The notes below the pieces were generated by a model, which did not search any database, was not told the DNA's origin, and worked only from the letters and a program-made list of their open reading frames with translations. A stretch of 64,000 nt of DNA, from positions 25,792,001-25,856,000 of the forward strand of contig OX597826.1 of NCBI GenBank assembly GCA_951406725.2, written 5' to 3'. Of the stretch, positions 1-13,309 are shown piece after piece; the first letter of the stretch is position 1; each line of letters begins with the position of its first letter. A program made the translations under genes and the position numbers. This DNA is from Octopus vulgaris. Its lineage: Eukaryota.

Positions 1-46
<46 letters not shown>

Positions 47-49
47 TAT

Positions 50-1023
50 TTTTTTTTCCTCTTTCAAATTTGCTTCCATTTCTTGCCGAGTGTCTTCCCG
101 ACTCCTAGGGCAAAGAAACTCATAGTATACATAGGTAGGCCATTAAACTAAACTATTTAAGTTAAATTAAAATACATGGGTAGTAATAGTTTTCACATCG
201 ACAATGCTCTTCTCAATACGTGTGATGTACCAGTTAAGACAATCTTTTGCACTTCTTGCAGGGATGGTAAGCCAGGGATCATTCTCATATAATTTTCGGT
301 TCCCTTCTTGATCATTCCTAGTGCTCCTGCGATCACTGGTATTGTAACCGCATTGAGATGCCACATTTTCTCAATTTCTATGAGTAGGTCTTTATATTTT
401 CTGAGCTTGTCAAACTCTTTCGCCGAGATATTATGATCACAGGGGATGCTCATGTCGATCAATAAGCAAACTTTATTGTTTTGGTCTTTCACAACAATAT
501 CCGATTTATTGGCTTTGATGGTTCGGTCTGTATGTACTGGAAAGTCCCACAGAATCGTTACATTTTCTCCTTCAGGTACAGCTTCAGGGTGGTGATTATA
601 CCACTTGTCGGCAGTTTTGATATTGTAATGCCGACTTATTAGCCAGTGTAGATATTGGCCAACTCTGTCATGTCTTAATCTATACTCCACTGGTGCTAAG
701 ACTTTACATCCAGAGATTAGGTGGTCCACTGTTTCAATCATGTCGTTGCAGAATCGGCATTTTGGGTCAGCTCCATTTTTCATCACATTGGCTTGGTAGT
801 TCCGGGTAAATAAGCTTTGGTCTTGAGCTGCTAATATGAAACCTTCACTCTCTGCTTTTAGCCCTGAACTTCGTAACCATTGGTGCGTGTGTTTCTGGTC
901 GACATCCGCTTGTTTGCTACGGGCCACATATTTGCCGTGCAGAGGTTTCCCCTCCCACCTATTGCTCGTGCGCTTTTTTCGTTGCCATTATTTTCACCTT
1001 CTTTGCAACAATAGTTGCCGTAC
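50..1023 (-). mobile_element. 5'-truncated R4/Dong-clade non-LTR retrotransposon (RLE endonuclease end + 3'UTR) inserted in (TAA)n
   Basis: ORF 193-927 has a CCHC knuckle (CRFC..ETVDHLISGC), RHD, WD, SDIVV (PD-type), LIDMSIP and KYKDL motifs of restriction-like endonuclease LINEs. The 3'UTR ends in a short A-run then (AAT)n. TAT arrays lie on both sides. Confidence 0.9.
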
Positions 1024-1078
<55 letters not shown>

Positions 1079-1084
1079 TACTAC

Positions 1085-1133
<49 letters not shown>

Positions 1134-1174
1134 GTTGTTGTTGTTGTTATTATTATTGTTATTATTATTATTAC

Positions 1175-1243
<69 letters not shown>
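1024..1243. repeat. (TAT)n microsatellite
   Basis: Direct read. Confidence 0.97.
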
Positions 1244-1244
<1 letters not shown>

Positions 1245-1780
1245 AATTTGAGAAGCATGCCATGAAAGTGACACGGGGGTACAAATATACGAAACCCAGT
1301 ATACATGACTACCCGTCTGATAAGAGTACACCAGGCACATACATTACAACCATATGTGCGTGACATAGTGATCTCATATGAAGATAAACAGCTCATAACC
1401 TTGTAGGTGGGGCCAAATTAGAATTTTCTTCTGGTCGAGTAGCCCATCCCGCTCAGAGGGTTGAATAAGGGTTGTTTAAGGATATTGAACAAAACACCCA
1501 TATTTCAAAGGTTAATTATTCAAACCCCAAAGAATTCCTTTCGACACACGGTTATGATGCTCCCCCACTACTTCTGCTTGTGATCAGAGATGCACATGTC
1601 AGCTACCAAGGAACATGCTCAACTGGTTAAGGTCAAACAACTGACAAGCAAATCTGTGGTATTGAGCAGAATATTTGCTGTAGCCCATCTTTTATACCAA
1701 GATAAAACAATGTACATGATAACATTTGAATCAGTTAAGGTCAGAAACCATTGAGCCAGTGCCTGGTACTGCATCAGGGT
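1244..1780 (-). mobile_element. ~540 bp non-coding interspersed repeat bounded by TAT repeats (second copy starts at 63852)
   Basis: 1255-1385 matches 63866-64000 (gcatgccat.aaagtgacac..gggt, catgactacccgtctgataag.gtacaccaggcacat). Both copies abut (TAT)n at the same end. Strand inferred from the (TAA)n tail. Confidence 0.75.
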
Positions 1781-2253
1781 ATTATTATCATCATCTACTA
1801 CTGGTGTGTAGATCGACGCAAACACATACGCACTCACACACATACATGCGCACAGACACACTGATATATATATAGACGAAGGGTTCCTCACAGTTTCCAC
1901 TTACCAAATTCACTCACATGGCATAAGTCAGGCAACAATGGAAGACGCTCTCTGAAGGTGCTGCACAGTGGGACTGAACTCGAATCTACGTGGTTGCGAA
2001 GCCAGCTTCTTACCCAAACAACCGGACAGCCAAGCCGGTGTCTTTTTATTACCATCTTTATTTAATGAAGCCATACGTTCACGTAAAATTGGTAAGACGC
2101 GACAGACCGAGCAAAGTATACAACTGCCCTTATGATGAAAGAATAACCAAAATAAGAAGAGAAAGAGAACTTATAAAGATCAAAAATGGGGAAAGAGAAA
2201 TGGAGATTACGAATACACAAATGTTTTTTGCTGTTTAATCTTTGTATTTTTAG

Positions 2254-2290
2254 CCATCAAGACTTGGAAGAATTTATTTATGGCTGGTGA
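2254..2290 (+). CDS. possible terminal coding exon of an upstream gene (..HQDLEEFIYGW*)
   Basis: Pyrimidine tract and TTTTAG acceptor ending 2253, short open frame to TGA, AATAAA near 2591. No homology recognised. Confidence 0.2.
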
Positions 2291-2385
2291 ATCCGCGACA
2301 AGAAATTCCACCCCATAGTTTTGGAATCTATCTTGTGACCATTTTGAGATAGTTTTGTTTGCTTGGTTGTTTTTCTTTCTTTCTT

Positions 2386-2477
<92 letters not shown>

Positions 2478-3779
2478 TTGAAATATTTGCTTTCGAACAA
2501 AATAATTCCACTAGATTTCAGAATAGTTTGTATAAGAGGATAAAAGCAATTCCATATACAACCTGATCGTGATTAAATACGGTCTGTTCGGAATAAATTT
2601 GTTTAATGTTTGTTGTTGATGTTGTTATTGTAACATAATTGCTTTTAAATTAAAACGAAATTTAAAATGCCATACCATTGCTCTTACTACTTCAGAAGTA
2701 ACTAAAACTAATTCCTGATAGCAAAGCAGCAAAATGAGAAAGTCTTAGGACGTAGGTTTGTCATAAGTTCAAAGATGCGTAAGGACAGAATTTAACCTGA
2801 TATTCATGGCGTATAATTGAGCGAAATTACAACATTCTCTCATTCCCTGAACGGGACGCTAGTCTGCCACGGGGTTAACTTCTCTTTTATTTTGGGAACT
2901 CATTTACATCTGAGCGGACTGAAGCAGCATAAAATTAAGTGTTTTGTTCAAAATTATAAGCCCACAAGGGTTTCGGGAATCGAAACCAAAATCTTACGGT
3001 CGCGAGTGCAATATGCTATCCAGTGAGTCACGAAGCTTCGCTAATGAAGAAGTAAAATACAAAACAAACCAAAAAGCATAGAAAATAAAAAAAAGGAGCC
3101 TCAGGATCAATAACGATGCAGTTTTATCTGGATTACATGGCGTGTAACGGACAGAGATTATAACTTTCTCTCCTCTGAAGGGAGGTTTAAGGGAGAGAGA
3201 AATATTGACAGTTAGAGAGAGAAATATGGACTGAAGCAACGTGAAATATAGAGTTTTGCTCAAGAGCACAACGCAACGCCCGCTCCGGTAATCGAAATCA
3301 CGGTTAGATTGCGAGTGCGACACCCTTGCCACCAGGCCACAAGTCTCTACTAATGGATAAAAAAACCTCAAAAACAAACAGCATAAGTAACCGAAATCAT
3401 TTCCCCCTGAACAAAGTACCCCGTCTGGGGTGGAATGATTAACTTTTCAGCTATTGAGGGACATTGCTGGAGTGCTAAACAAGAGCCGGCAATTGACCTG
3501 TTGCTGCGGATGCCAAATTATGTCCGTACTTGAACAGTTTGTCCGAACACAACGCTTGTAGATCAACTTTGTAGATCAACTCACCAGAGACACTGATTGT
3601 CACCCACCTCGCCGAAGACCTCCTTTAACTAATGAAGTTCCGAGATGGATAGCGCTTCGCGGATTAAAAATGCTCGAGCAAGCTCGACCAAACGATTGTG
3701 ATTCAGCAATAGAAATGTCCATACAGCTGTTTCATGGTGAGATGTGTTCTTCACGGTATCTTTAATCTTTCATTTTTTA

Positions 3780-3991
3780 TCTCTTACTTGTTTCAGCCAT
3801 TAGATTGCGACCATGCTGGGGCACCGCCTTCAAGAATTCTTAGTAGAATGAATCGATCCTGTGCTTAATCTTTTTTTTTTTTTGCTAAGCCTGGTATTTA
3901 TCCTATCAGTCTATTCTACGGGGACGTAAACACCGGTTGTCAAGCGGTGGTGGGAGACAAATACAGACAGAAAGACACACGCACGCGCGCG

Positions 3992-4066
<75 letters not shown>

Positions 4067-4140
4067 CAGATTTCTTCAAGTTTCTGTCTACCATTTCCAC
4101 TCACAAGATGTTGTGTGGCTCGAGGCTACAGTAGTTGAGA
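3780..4140 (-). mobile_element. tRNA-derived SINE family A, with internal (CA)n
   Basis: Shares ccatgctgg.gcaccgcc, cggggacgtaaacac, ggttgtcaagcg and tccactcacaag blocks with the full copy at 22800. Confidence 0.8.
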
Positions 4141-4420
4141 CTTGCTCTTAACATTCGGATTCGGGTGTATGTTCTCTCAAGCTTGGATTCCAGATCGTTC
4201 GAACATAACGTATCTAGGTAGACCAACTCGCCATAAACACGGGATGTCCCGCTACCAGACAACCTCCCTCAACCAGTGCAACGCCGAGATGGATGGCGTT
4301 GCGAGCAAGCTCGACCGGATGGAGATGGCGATGATTTTCTGTGGAGAGAAATCGCGAGTGCAGCACCTTAACCACCAGGGCACACGTCTTCGCTAATGCG
4401 AAAGTGTAAAAGAAAAACAA

Positions 4421-4492
<72 letters not shown>

Positions 4493-4792
4493 ACACACAC
4501 ACATTAAGACTAAATGAAACAGACAACGCAAAGACTAGAAAAAACTGAAGACAAAGTACTAATGAAACGATAAATGCAAATAGTAAACAGACGATGTATA
4601 TAAATAAATAAGATGATAATCAACAAGAGCAACAAGAACAACAACAACAAAAACAATTTGTAAAGAAGACAAACAGTTAAGCTGACAATTTGCTGTTTTA
4701 GATTTAAAATAATGTCTGGATTTATTTATTTACTTATTTTTTTACTGATGAGCATCCAATCAAAATAGAGATGAGACGTGCAACTAACTCAC

Positions 4793-4821
4793 TTCTGGTA
4801 ATGTTCAGCGAAAACAAGGAA
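4793..4821 (-). CDS. possible 29-nt micro-exon
   Basis: Minus strand reads cacttcacttcAG|ttccttgttttcgctgaacattaccagaa|GTGAGT. Phase-compatible with the candidate exon at 8331-8530 (MIDGNGGLD-SLFSLNITR). Confidence 0.25.
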
Positions 4822-5513
4822 CTGAAGTGAAGTGAAATGGTTTATTTTTAGATGCAAAAATAAATGTTTTTTTTTCTTCTTTTTCTTTGCGTTGTTGTCG
4901 TTGCTGTCGTTCTTGATGCTGTTTTGATGTAGTCGAGTGGTTGCTACTGGTTGTTGTTGCTATTGTTGTTGTTATTCTTCTTACCCTTCTCCTCCTACTC
5001 CATTTTCCTCTATTTCTTTTTCTTCTCATCGTCTTCTTCCTCCTCCTCCTTCTCCTTCTCCGTCCGCCTCCTCCGTCCTCCTCATCCTCCTTCTACCTCT
5101 TTCTCCTCTTCCTTCCTCCTCCTCCTTCCCTTCTACTCCTTTTTCTTCTTATCCTCTTTATCCTCCTCCCCTTTTCTTTCCTCAGTCTCCTCCTCACCCT
5201 TCTTCTTCTTCTTCTTCTTCTTCTTCTTCTTCACTTCAGGGTTAGGGTTAGCATTAGGGATAAGATAAGGTTAAAATGATCTTCTATCCTCTATCTTTTA
5301 TTTCCTTCAATCATTAGACTACGACCATGCTGCAGCATGACCCTGAAGTGTCTGTCATAGTCAAACGAGTAGACGCCATTACTTGATATTTTGAAAAACC
5401 TGGTACTTATTCTATCGATGTCTTTTACCAGACCGCTAATCTACGGGGACGTAAACATGTTAATACCAATTGTCAAGCGATGGTGAGGGGAAACACACAC
5501 ACACATATGTATG

Positions 5514-5551
<38 letters not shown>

Positions 5552-5913
5552 CAAAAAGGGTAATAACATAGATTGTTGTTACCAGTGGCCTAGCACAAAA
5601 GACGAATTAGTCATTAGACAAAATATCATTCATATAGAAAAATATTATTCATATAGAAATATAATTAAGGGCTCCTAAATAAGGAAGCCTAGTGCTATAT
5701 AATTTAATTATGCCAAGGACCTATAATCAGTTAAGGGATGCTAGCATTCTAGTCTCCGGCTTTTACCAGTGTTCAGTGATAAACTAAATACGTTAATTTT
5801 GCATTGATGGATATGAGTATTTAAATTATTTATGAACGAGAAAAAGAAGAAAATGGAGAAGCTGACATATAGGGATCAGTTTATTCAAAGATATTCAAAT
5901 CAATATAATATGA

Positions 5914-6037
5914 AATTCTTATCCCTACAGCCGTTTCAATAGCCAATTAATTCAATTAAAGTAATTAAATCAAATTAAATCTATTTAAAATTTTCATATT
6001 GAAACTGGTTAATTGGGTATTTCACCAGTGGAGAATT
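5914..6037 (-). ncRNA. hammerhead ribozyme motif with long stem II (A6->G in this copy)
   Basis: CTGGTGA-aata(c)ccaattaa...ttaattgg(c)tatt-GAAA-cggctg-TA-gggataagaatt. Confidence 0.6.
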
Positions 6038-6150
6038 TTCCAGAAAGGAGTTACATTCCCACGTGTTGGTAGATCCCTGACAGACCCAAATGAGTCTGTC
6101 AAGGTTCGACCAACATCTGATATCTGAGTCTGTCAAAAGTCGACCTGGAA

Positions 6151-6270
6151 AATTCTTCACTGATGAAATACCTAATTAACCAATATCAGTATGAAAAATT
6201 TTAATTAATCTAATTCAATTACATTAATTGAATTAATTGGCTATGGAAAACGGGTGTAGGGATAAGAATT
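6151..6270 (+). ncRNA. hammerhead ribozyme motif with long stem II (degenerate)
   Basis: CTGATGA at 6160-6166, GAAA at 6246-6249, then acgggtgTA-gggataagaatt. Mirror of 5914-6037. Confidence 0.55.
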
Positions 6271-6373
6271 TCATTTATATTGATTTGAATATCTTTAAAT
6301 AAACTGATGTCTCTATGCCAATTTCTCCATTTTCTTCTTTCTCTCTCTCTCTCACGCACGCACACACACACAC

Positions 6374-6457
<84 letters not shown>

Positions 6458-6946
6458 GACGGGCTTCTTTCAGTTTCCGTCTATCAAATCCACTCACAAG
6501 GTTTTGGTCGGCTCGAGGCTACAAAAGAAAACACTTGTCCAAGGTTCCACGCAGTCGAACTGAACCCGGCAACATGTGCTTGGGAAGAAAGCTTCTTACC
6601 ATACAGACATGATCTAAATACTTTTAAAAATATTGCTCTTTTTCTTTTTAATGTTGCTTCAGCAGTTATTATATAGAGTTGAAAGTTTTAACGATTAGAA
6701 GACAGGCTAAATTTCTAAGTTCCTAAACTGGGATACGACGTGACTTCAGAACCCGGTTCCTTAAAATCACGGATCAAGAGGCTATAACAGCACCCATTAC
6801 TGGATTCAAAAACCCGCATTTAAACAAGAGACTCACAAAAAGTTTTGAAACGAATTCAAAGCTTCTCTTGAGACTTTCAGAATCTAGATACATTTCTATC
6901 CAACATTTCTGATAAGCCATCATACAAATAACTATACATACATACA

Positions 6947-7004
<58 letters not shown>

Positions 7005-7642
7005 ACTGTACACTATCGGTTGTATATGTATATAAGTATAAGTATATATACATATACATTTATATTTATGAATATATACATATTCATATATATACATACA
7101 TATATACATACATATTCATATATACATACATATATATATATATATATGTATGTATATATGAATATGTATATATTCATAAATATAAATGTATATGTATATA
7201 CATATACAGTCTATAGTGTGGAGTTGTGTATGTATATACGAATATATTTATGAGTTTGTGTGTGTTTGCCTGTTTGTGTGTGTGTGTCTGTATGTATATA
7301 TGTACACATACATGCATACATACTTATGTAATGTATGTATGTACATGCGTATATACAAAGCAGTACTGCATTCCACATCCCTCACCTCATCCCCGCCAAA
7401 CATATGTTGAAGTGATGGAATAACAATGTTAAAATTATTATTTATTTGTTATTTTATTGAAGAATAACAAACTCGAGTGACATCAAAATAGCATAAATAT
7501 GTTTAAAAACACACATCTACCCAATCGATAATTAATCGATATGTCTATCTGATTGTTTATTCCTAACACTGTTAATTTGTTTATTCAATCTTAGGAAAGA
7601 GAAAGAATTGGTGACAAAATCATAGTGTTGCTCCTGTTACAG

Positions 7643-7988
<346 letters not shown>

Positions 7989-8330
7989 CAGCGACGACAA
8001 GGAAGACGACTATGTCGATGACGTTGCTTGTTGTTACCACGGTAGTGGCGGTGGCGGTGATCACGAGGATAAAGTTGATGCTGCTGCTGCTGCTGATAAT
8101 TTTGCGGTTGTATTGTTGTTGGTGCTGTTGCTGCTGCTGCTACTGAATATTGCCTTGGTTGATGATGGCGATGGTTATGTTGGTGATTAATAATGTGGTA
8201 GGGCTTTTAGTAGTGGTGTTGGTGAACATGTTGATGATGAGGATGATGATGGTCATGATGATGATGATAATGATGATGAGGATAATAACAACAAGGATGG
8301 TCCTGATACAGGAAGTAATGAACAACTAAC

Positions 8331-8530
8331 TCTAAACCGCCGTTCCCATCAATCATTTCATCGGATCGTTGGATCAGCACGACAGTTTGATTCCGGCACC
8401 CTGCATTCCGCGAAGGACCAAGTCAACCGGGTACGGACCCAGCCTTATATCCGGTCTATTAATTCCGGCCGGAAATTGTGAGACCGGACGAGGATTATCG
8501 TGTAGGAAATAGTTCTAGAGGAAATCGAAC
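8331..8530 (-). other. possible exon (5'UTR + ATG at 8356, MIDGNGGL..)
   Basis: GC-richer unique island bounded by ttcttttttttcttgtgtattcactgcAG and GTTAGT on the minus strand. Confidence 0.3.
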
Positions 8531-9033
8531 CTGCAGTGAATACACAAGAAAAAAAAGAATTTCTCAGTTTCCATGTAAGCTTCCACCTGAGTTGTTCCAA
8601 ACCTTCCCCTACCATTGACCCCAGTTTTACTGAAATGAACTTTCCCACAAAGCGCAGGCTTTTGAAAGATGTCGTCTCAATAAGTGTCTTTTATTAACTA
8701 ACATCAAACCCGTTTCATCTCAGTTTCATCTCTGAAATGGAAGATATTTTAAAAACCTTCTGCGTTTCAGTCACTGGACTGCGGCTATGCTGGAGCATTA
8801 CTTTGAACAGTTTAGTCGAACAAAGCGTTCCAGTACTTATGTTCTTTTTAAGTCTGGTACTTATTCTATTGGAACCATTTTGCCGAACCGCTATGTTACG
8901 GGGACGTAAACAAAGCAACACCAGTTGTCAAGGGATCAAAGACAAACACAAATATGCTTACACACACACATACGCCCACACCCACACACAAACTCTGTTT
9001 CCCTTTCTCCTGCATATACGTACATATCTGCCC

Positions 9034-9120
<87 letters not shown>

Positions 9121-9254
9121 CATGTATGTATGTATGTATCTATCTATCTATCTATCTATCTAACCATATGTATCTATATATCTATCTTTTTATTTATCTA
9201 CTACCTATCCTTATACATAATAAAGTCAAAACAAATATTAATATTTCGAATACA

Positions 9255-9332
9255 TTTAATACATGTGTTTCAAACACTTACGCAAGAAAGATAAAAAAAA
9301 TCTTCTTTTACGTTATACCTTCTTCAGTAAAA
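9255..9332 (-). ncRNA. hammerhead ribozyme motif (degenerate stems)
   Basis: tttta-CTGAAGA-irregular long stem II-GAAA-cacatg-TA-ttaaa. Confidence 0.55.
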
Positions 9333-9356
9333 ACATTTCCAAATATTTTGACACGT

Positions 9357-9427
9357 TTTAACTGGAGAAGATATCATGTAAGAGACGAATTTTTTCTCTC
9401 TTACACATCTGAAACACGTGTATTAGA
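9357..9427 (+). ncRNA. hammerhead ribozyme motif (A6->G)
   Basis: tttaa-CTGGAGA-agat..tgtaagaga/tctcttaca..atct-GAAA-cacgtg-TA-ttaga. Palindromic stem III. Confidence 0.65.
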
Positions 9428-9610
9428 TGCATTCAAAATAACAATATTTGTTTTGACTTTATTATTGTATGTTAAATGGCTCCACGCCATTACAGTCCAG
9501 CCTCTTCTTGCTTGTTTGCTCCGATATTCTAACAAGAATTTAGAGTCGAATGTTTTACTGGACCCGAGTCGAAAAATCCTGGTAAATAACATTACTTCTA
9601 AGCATAACAC

Positions 9611-9659
<49 letters not shown>

Positions 9660-9747
9660 GAGAAGAAAATGGATGTAAATAACAAGGAGAAATTTGTCGT
9701 TTTCGCTGGTATGTCTTTAATTTAATTAATTAACAAAGAAGAAGGTA

Positions 9748-9798
9748 GCATTTACGATCGTTTCAATTTACTAGTTTTAGTAAAAATCTTCAGAATGC
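9748..9798 (-). ncRNA. minimal type-I hammerhead ribozyme
   Basis: gcatt-CTGAAGA-tt tttacta aaac tagtaaa tt-GAAA-cgatcg-TA-aatgc. 5-bp stem I, intact core, palindromic stem III, GUA triplet, two U.U mismatches at the stem II base. Confidence 0.75.
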
Positions 9799-11561
9799 GA
9801 AAAATAACCACAACACTAATACCGATAAAGTGATAATCAATAAGAGTAACAATATTAACACAGCTAATAACACCAAGTACACAAATAAGCCCAAAAGTAA
9901 CATTAGCTACAGAAATAATAATATAAACCTACACATCGGTATGAAATTGTCCATATATATATATATATGGGAGACTTACGAATAGAATAACATTTGATGA
10001 TAGGCCTGTCCAATCCAAAGAAGTCTGAGGCTGAACAATACCAATTTACTAACCACAAATTGCAAGTTTTTTAAAATTTTGTAATTACCAATGAGTAGAT
10101 TTCGCGAATCTTCTGTGTAAAGAAGGTAATCCAAAAGAAATGGCAAAGAACATTTATCCGAAGCGTCGGCTCTTTCCAGCTCCATTGTATAACGAAACTC
10201 ATTAACACTCAGTAAGCCCATAGATATTTACTACCACAAATGGAAATGCTCACTTCATCTCTATTCAGCCCTGATCGTGTGCATCTACGATCAAAGGCGT
10301 GCCAGCCATGCCCATCGGGTCTATTTTTTTCATTTGTAGTGTATCTAGCTTTTCATTATCTCACGAGTCCTTCATTTATTTAAGACTGCAAGTTGTTATT
10401 CAATCCAGAATTGTTTCCGCACCGAACAAAATACTTGGAGGTATTTTTCCAGCTCTTTACGTTCTAAGTTCAAATGTTGTTTCCGTCGATTTTGCTTTCA
10501 TCCATTCGAAGTCTATAAAATAAGCACCATTTGAGTACTGGGGTCGATGTAATTGATCCCACCACTTACAAAACAAAAAAAAAACAAAATCGTTGGCCTT
10601 GTACCAAAGTTAGAAAGAATTATTTAATCCAAAATTTCCAGCTCTTTAGGTTCTGAGATCGAATCCCGTCGAGATCATCTTTACCTTTCATCCCCACGGA
10701 GAGGATAAAGTGCAGCACCAGCCAAGTACTAGGATCAATGGAATCGACTAATCCCTTCCCTAAGGATTACTGGTTTTGTGCTTAAATTGAATCCTTATTT
10801 AGTCCTGAGTCAGGCGTAGTGATTAGACAATATGATAAAAGGATGAAAGGCGTAGCTCTATTTTTCGGCCCATTCTAAATGGTACTGCATTCCACGTTGT
10901 TCGGACCATATCTGACAGAATGCATAAATATTCACTATTCAAATGGTTTCCAGGCCTCCATGTCGGCTAACATTTTTTCAACTTTAACTTTTGTCTTTAT
11001 GCACTCCAACGCTATCGACTGTTCACTTATACATCAAGCTGTTCCTGAAAAAAGGAGACAAATTATCGTCAAATTTAGTCCGAATTCAACGCTTTGTTCC
11101 ATTTTTTAAGACACGAAGGAAACTTGGCAGCTGCTATTCCGAGCAAGTCGAGCCATCGAATAGAATTCCACTCACATAAAAGTTGAGGTTTGCAACATAA
11201 TTTAATATTTCATTCTTGGAGTTAATCTCGTATTTATTTTTGTTCTTTTGTTTTAAATTCTTTCCTTGAATTTAAAATGGTGACACAAAATGACCACGTA
11301 ACTTAATCTTTTACTCTGTATAATAAAATTCCGTTTATTTTTTTCGTTTTTCTTCATTTCTTTTTCCCGCCTGTTTTCCTCTTTTTTCGACTTCTACCAT
11401 TTTTTTTCTTTTTCTGCAGGGTTTTGAAAAATCTTTGCAAACTTAATACGCAGATGTCATCAGGTTAGCCGAAAGCAAATCAATTTTAACAGCATTAATC
11501 GGCGACTCTACCATCGTATACTGCAGCTGTTGCCACTACCACAAATAACATAACCGCTAAT

Positions 11562-11977
11562 ATATTTCTTTACTACCCACACAAGGGGCTACACATAGAG
11601 GGACAGACAAGAACAGACAAACGGATTAAGTCGATTACATCAACCCCAGTGTGTAACTGGTACTTAATTTATCGACCCCGAAAGGATGAAAGGCAAGTCA
11701 ACCTCGACGGAATTTGAACTCAGAACGTAACGGCAGACGAAATACCTATTTCTTTACTACCCATAAGGGGCTAAACACTGAGAGGACAAACAAGAACAGA
11801 CAAACAGATTAAGTCGATTATATCGACCCCAAGTGCGTAACTGGTACTTAATTTATCGACCCCGAAAGGATGAAAGGCAAAGTCGTCCTCGGCGGAATTT
11901 GAACTCAGAACGTAATGGCAGACGAAATGCGGCTACGCATTTCGCCCGGCATGCTAACGTTTCTGCCGGCTCGCCAC
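11562..11977 (-). mobile_element. SINE family B, head + tandemly duplicated body
   Basis: Reverse complement of the copies at 14908-15322 and 59224-59640. Confidence 0.85.
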
Positions 11978-13309
11978 CAATAATGTCACATCCTTTACTA
12001 CCACCACCATCACAAAAATCATCACTCCATCATCACCTCCACCGTTACGCCTCCGCTCCTGCCGCTGCTGCCGTTACCACTATGACCAGGACCATCACCA
12101 TCTTCAGCATGAAGAAAGACCTGCACAGTGAAGAATATAAAACAGGTTAATGGCTAATATTTAATTGTTAAGGCGGCCAGCAGCCAGAAAAAACAATACT
12201 TTGTAGCATTTTGTTTGTCTTTACGTTTTTGAGTTAAAATTCCGTCGGGATCGCCTTTGCCTTTTGGGGTCGATAAAATAAGTACCAGTTGAGCACTGGG
12301 GGGTGGATGGTCGATCAAATCGACTTAGTCCCTCCCCCCACAATTGCTGGCCTTGTGCCATAAATTGAAACCAATATTATTTTAATTATCGGTTTTCGCA
12401 AGTCAGGGAGACTTCGTTTTGGTCTTATTAGACGTCCTTAGAAACAAAACAAAGATTCCGTACTAAAACAGGGCCGATTTAGACGTTAAATAACAACAAC
12501 AACAACAACAACTACTACTACTACTACTACTACTACTATTACTACTACTACTACTACTACTACTACTATTCACGTCACATATTCAAATATTTACATGTCC
12601 CACACCCTGTATTAAATAAAGCAATAACAATGGTCGTTTTGTGGAGTTTTTATTGTAAATATTTCCCACAGAGACGCCCCGTGAGGCAAACGTTTTGGTG
12701 ACAGCTGAATTGATGGAGCTACGCCAAAGAAAGAAATAATATAAAAACATAACACATAACACCGAGATAGAGATAGAGAGAAAGATGGTGGTGGTGGGGG
12801 GTTAAGAGTATAGATATTTTTTTTATTCTTCTAAATGCGAAAATAGGAAATACAAAATGAAAGAAAACATTCTTAATAACCAAGTATTTAATTGAATGTT
12901 TTCAGAAAAAACATATTCTATGAACGTGGCAACGAGGGGAACCTTTAACAAGGCTACGAAGAAGTCTGAGTAGAACCAGGCAACGTGCATGTGTCCATGT
13001 GGTCACATGATCTGTTTGAAATAGTAAAGCTGATAACGCTGCCTCAAATCGCATCCAACCGTTATTAGTAATGTTGCTAAAGCGGCGAGCTAGCCGAATC
13101 GTTGGTACACCGAGTAAAATGCTTCGCGGCATTTTGTCCGTCTTTACGTTCTGATTTCAAATGCTGCCGAAGTTGATTTTGTCTTACATCCTTTCGGGGT
13201 CGATAAATTAAGTATCAATCAAGTAGAAAGGTTATTAGTAATGTTGTTATTGTTGTTGTTTAGATTCAGTTCAGCCCTGATTGAGTCGATCTATAATAAT
13301 TATAATTTA

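Larger units (their letters stand above)
5839..6345. mobile_element. inverted-repeat cassette (~200 bp arms, ~100 bp spacer), Penelope pLTR-like, one hammerhead per arm
   Basis: 5839-6043 is the diverged reverse complement of 6145-6345. Confidence 0.85.
9213..9470. mobile_element. inverted-repeat cassette (~120 bp arms), one hammerhead per arm
   Basis: aataaagtcaaaacaaatatt...atacatgtgtttc mirrored by gaaacacgtgtat...aatatttgttttgacttttatt. Confidence 0.8.

Noticed and set aside
4745-4782. CTGATGA followed by a short stem
   Set aside because: No GAAA or stem III
10927-11044. minus-strand frame with in-frame TGA next to Cys (selenoprotein idea)
   Set aside because: No SECIS seen and no family similarity
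11420-11463. plus-strand 44-nt micro-exon (VLKNLCKLNTQMSS)
   Set aside because: The pyrimidine tract is equally explained as an A-rich minus-strand UTR. Weak donor and no partner exons.
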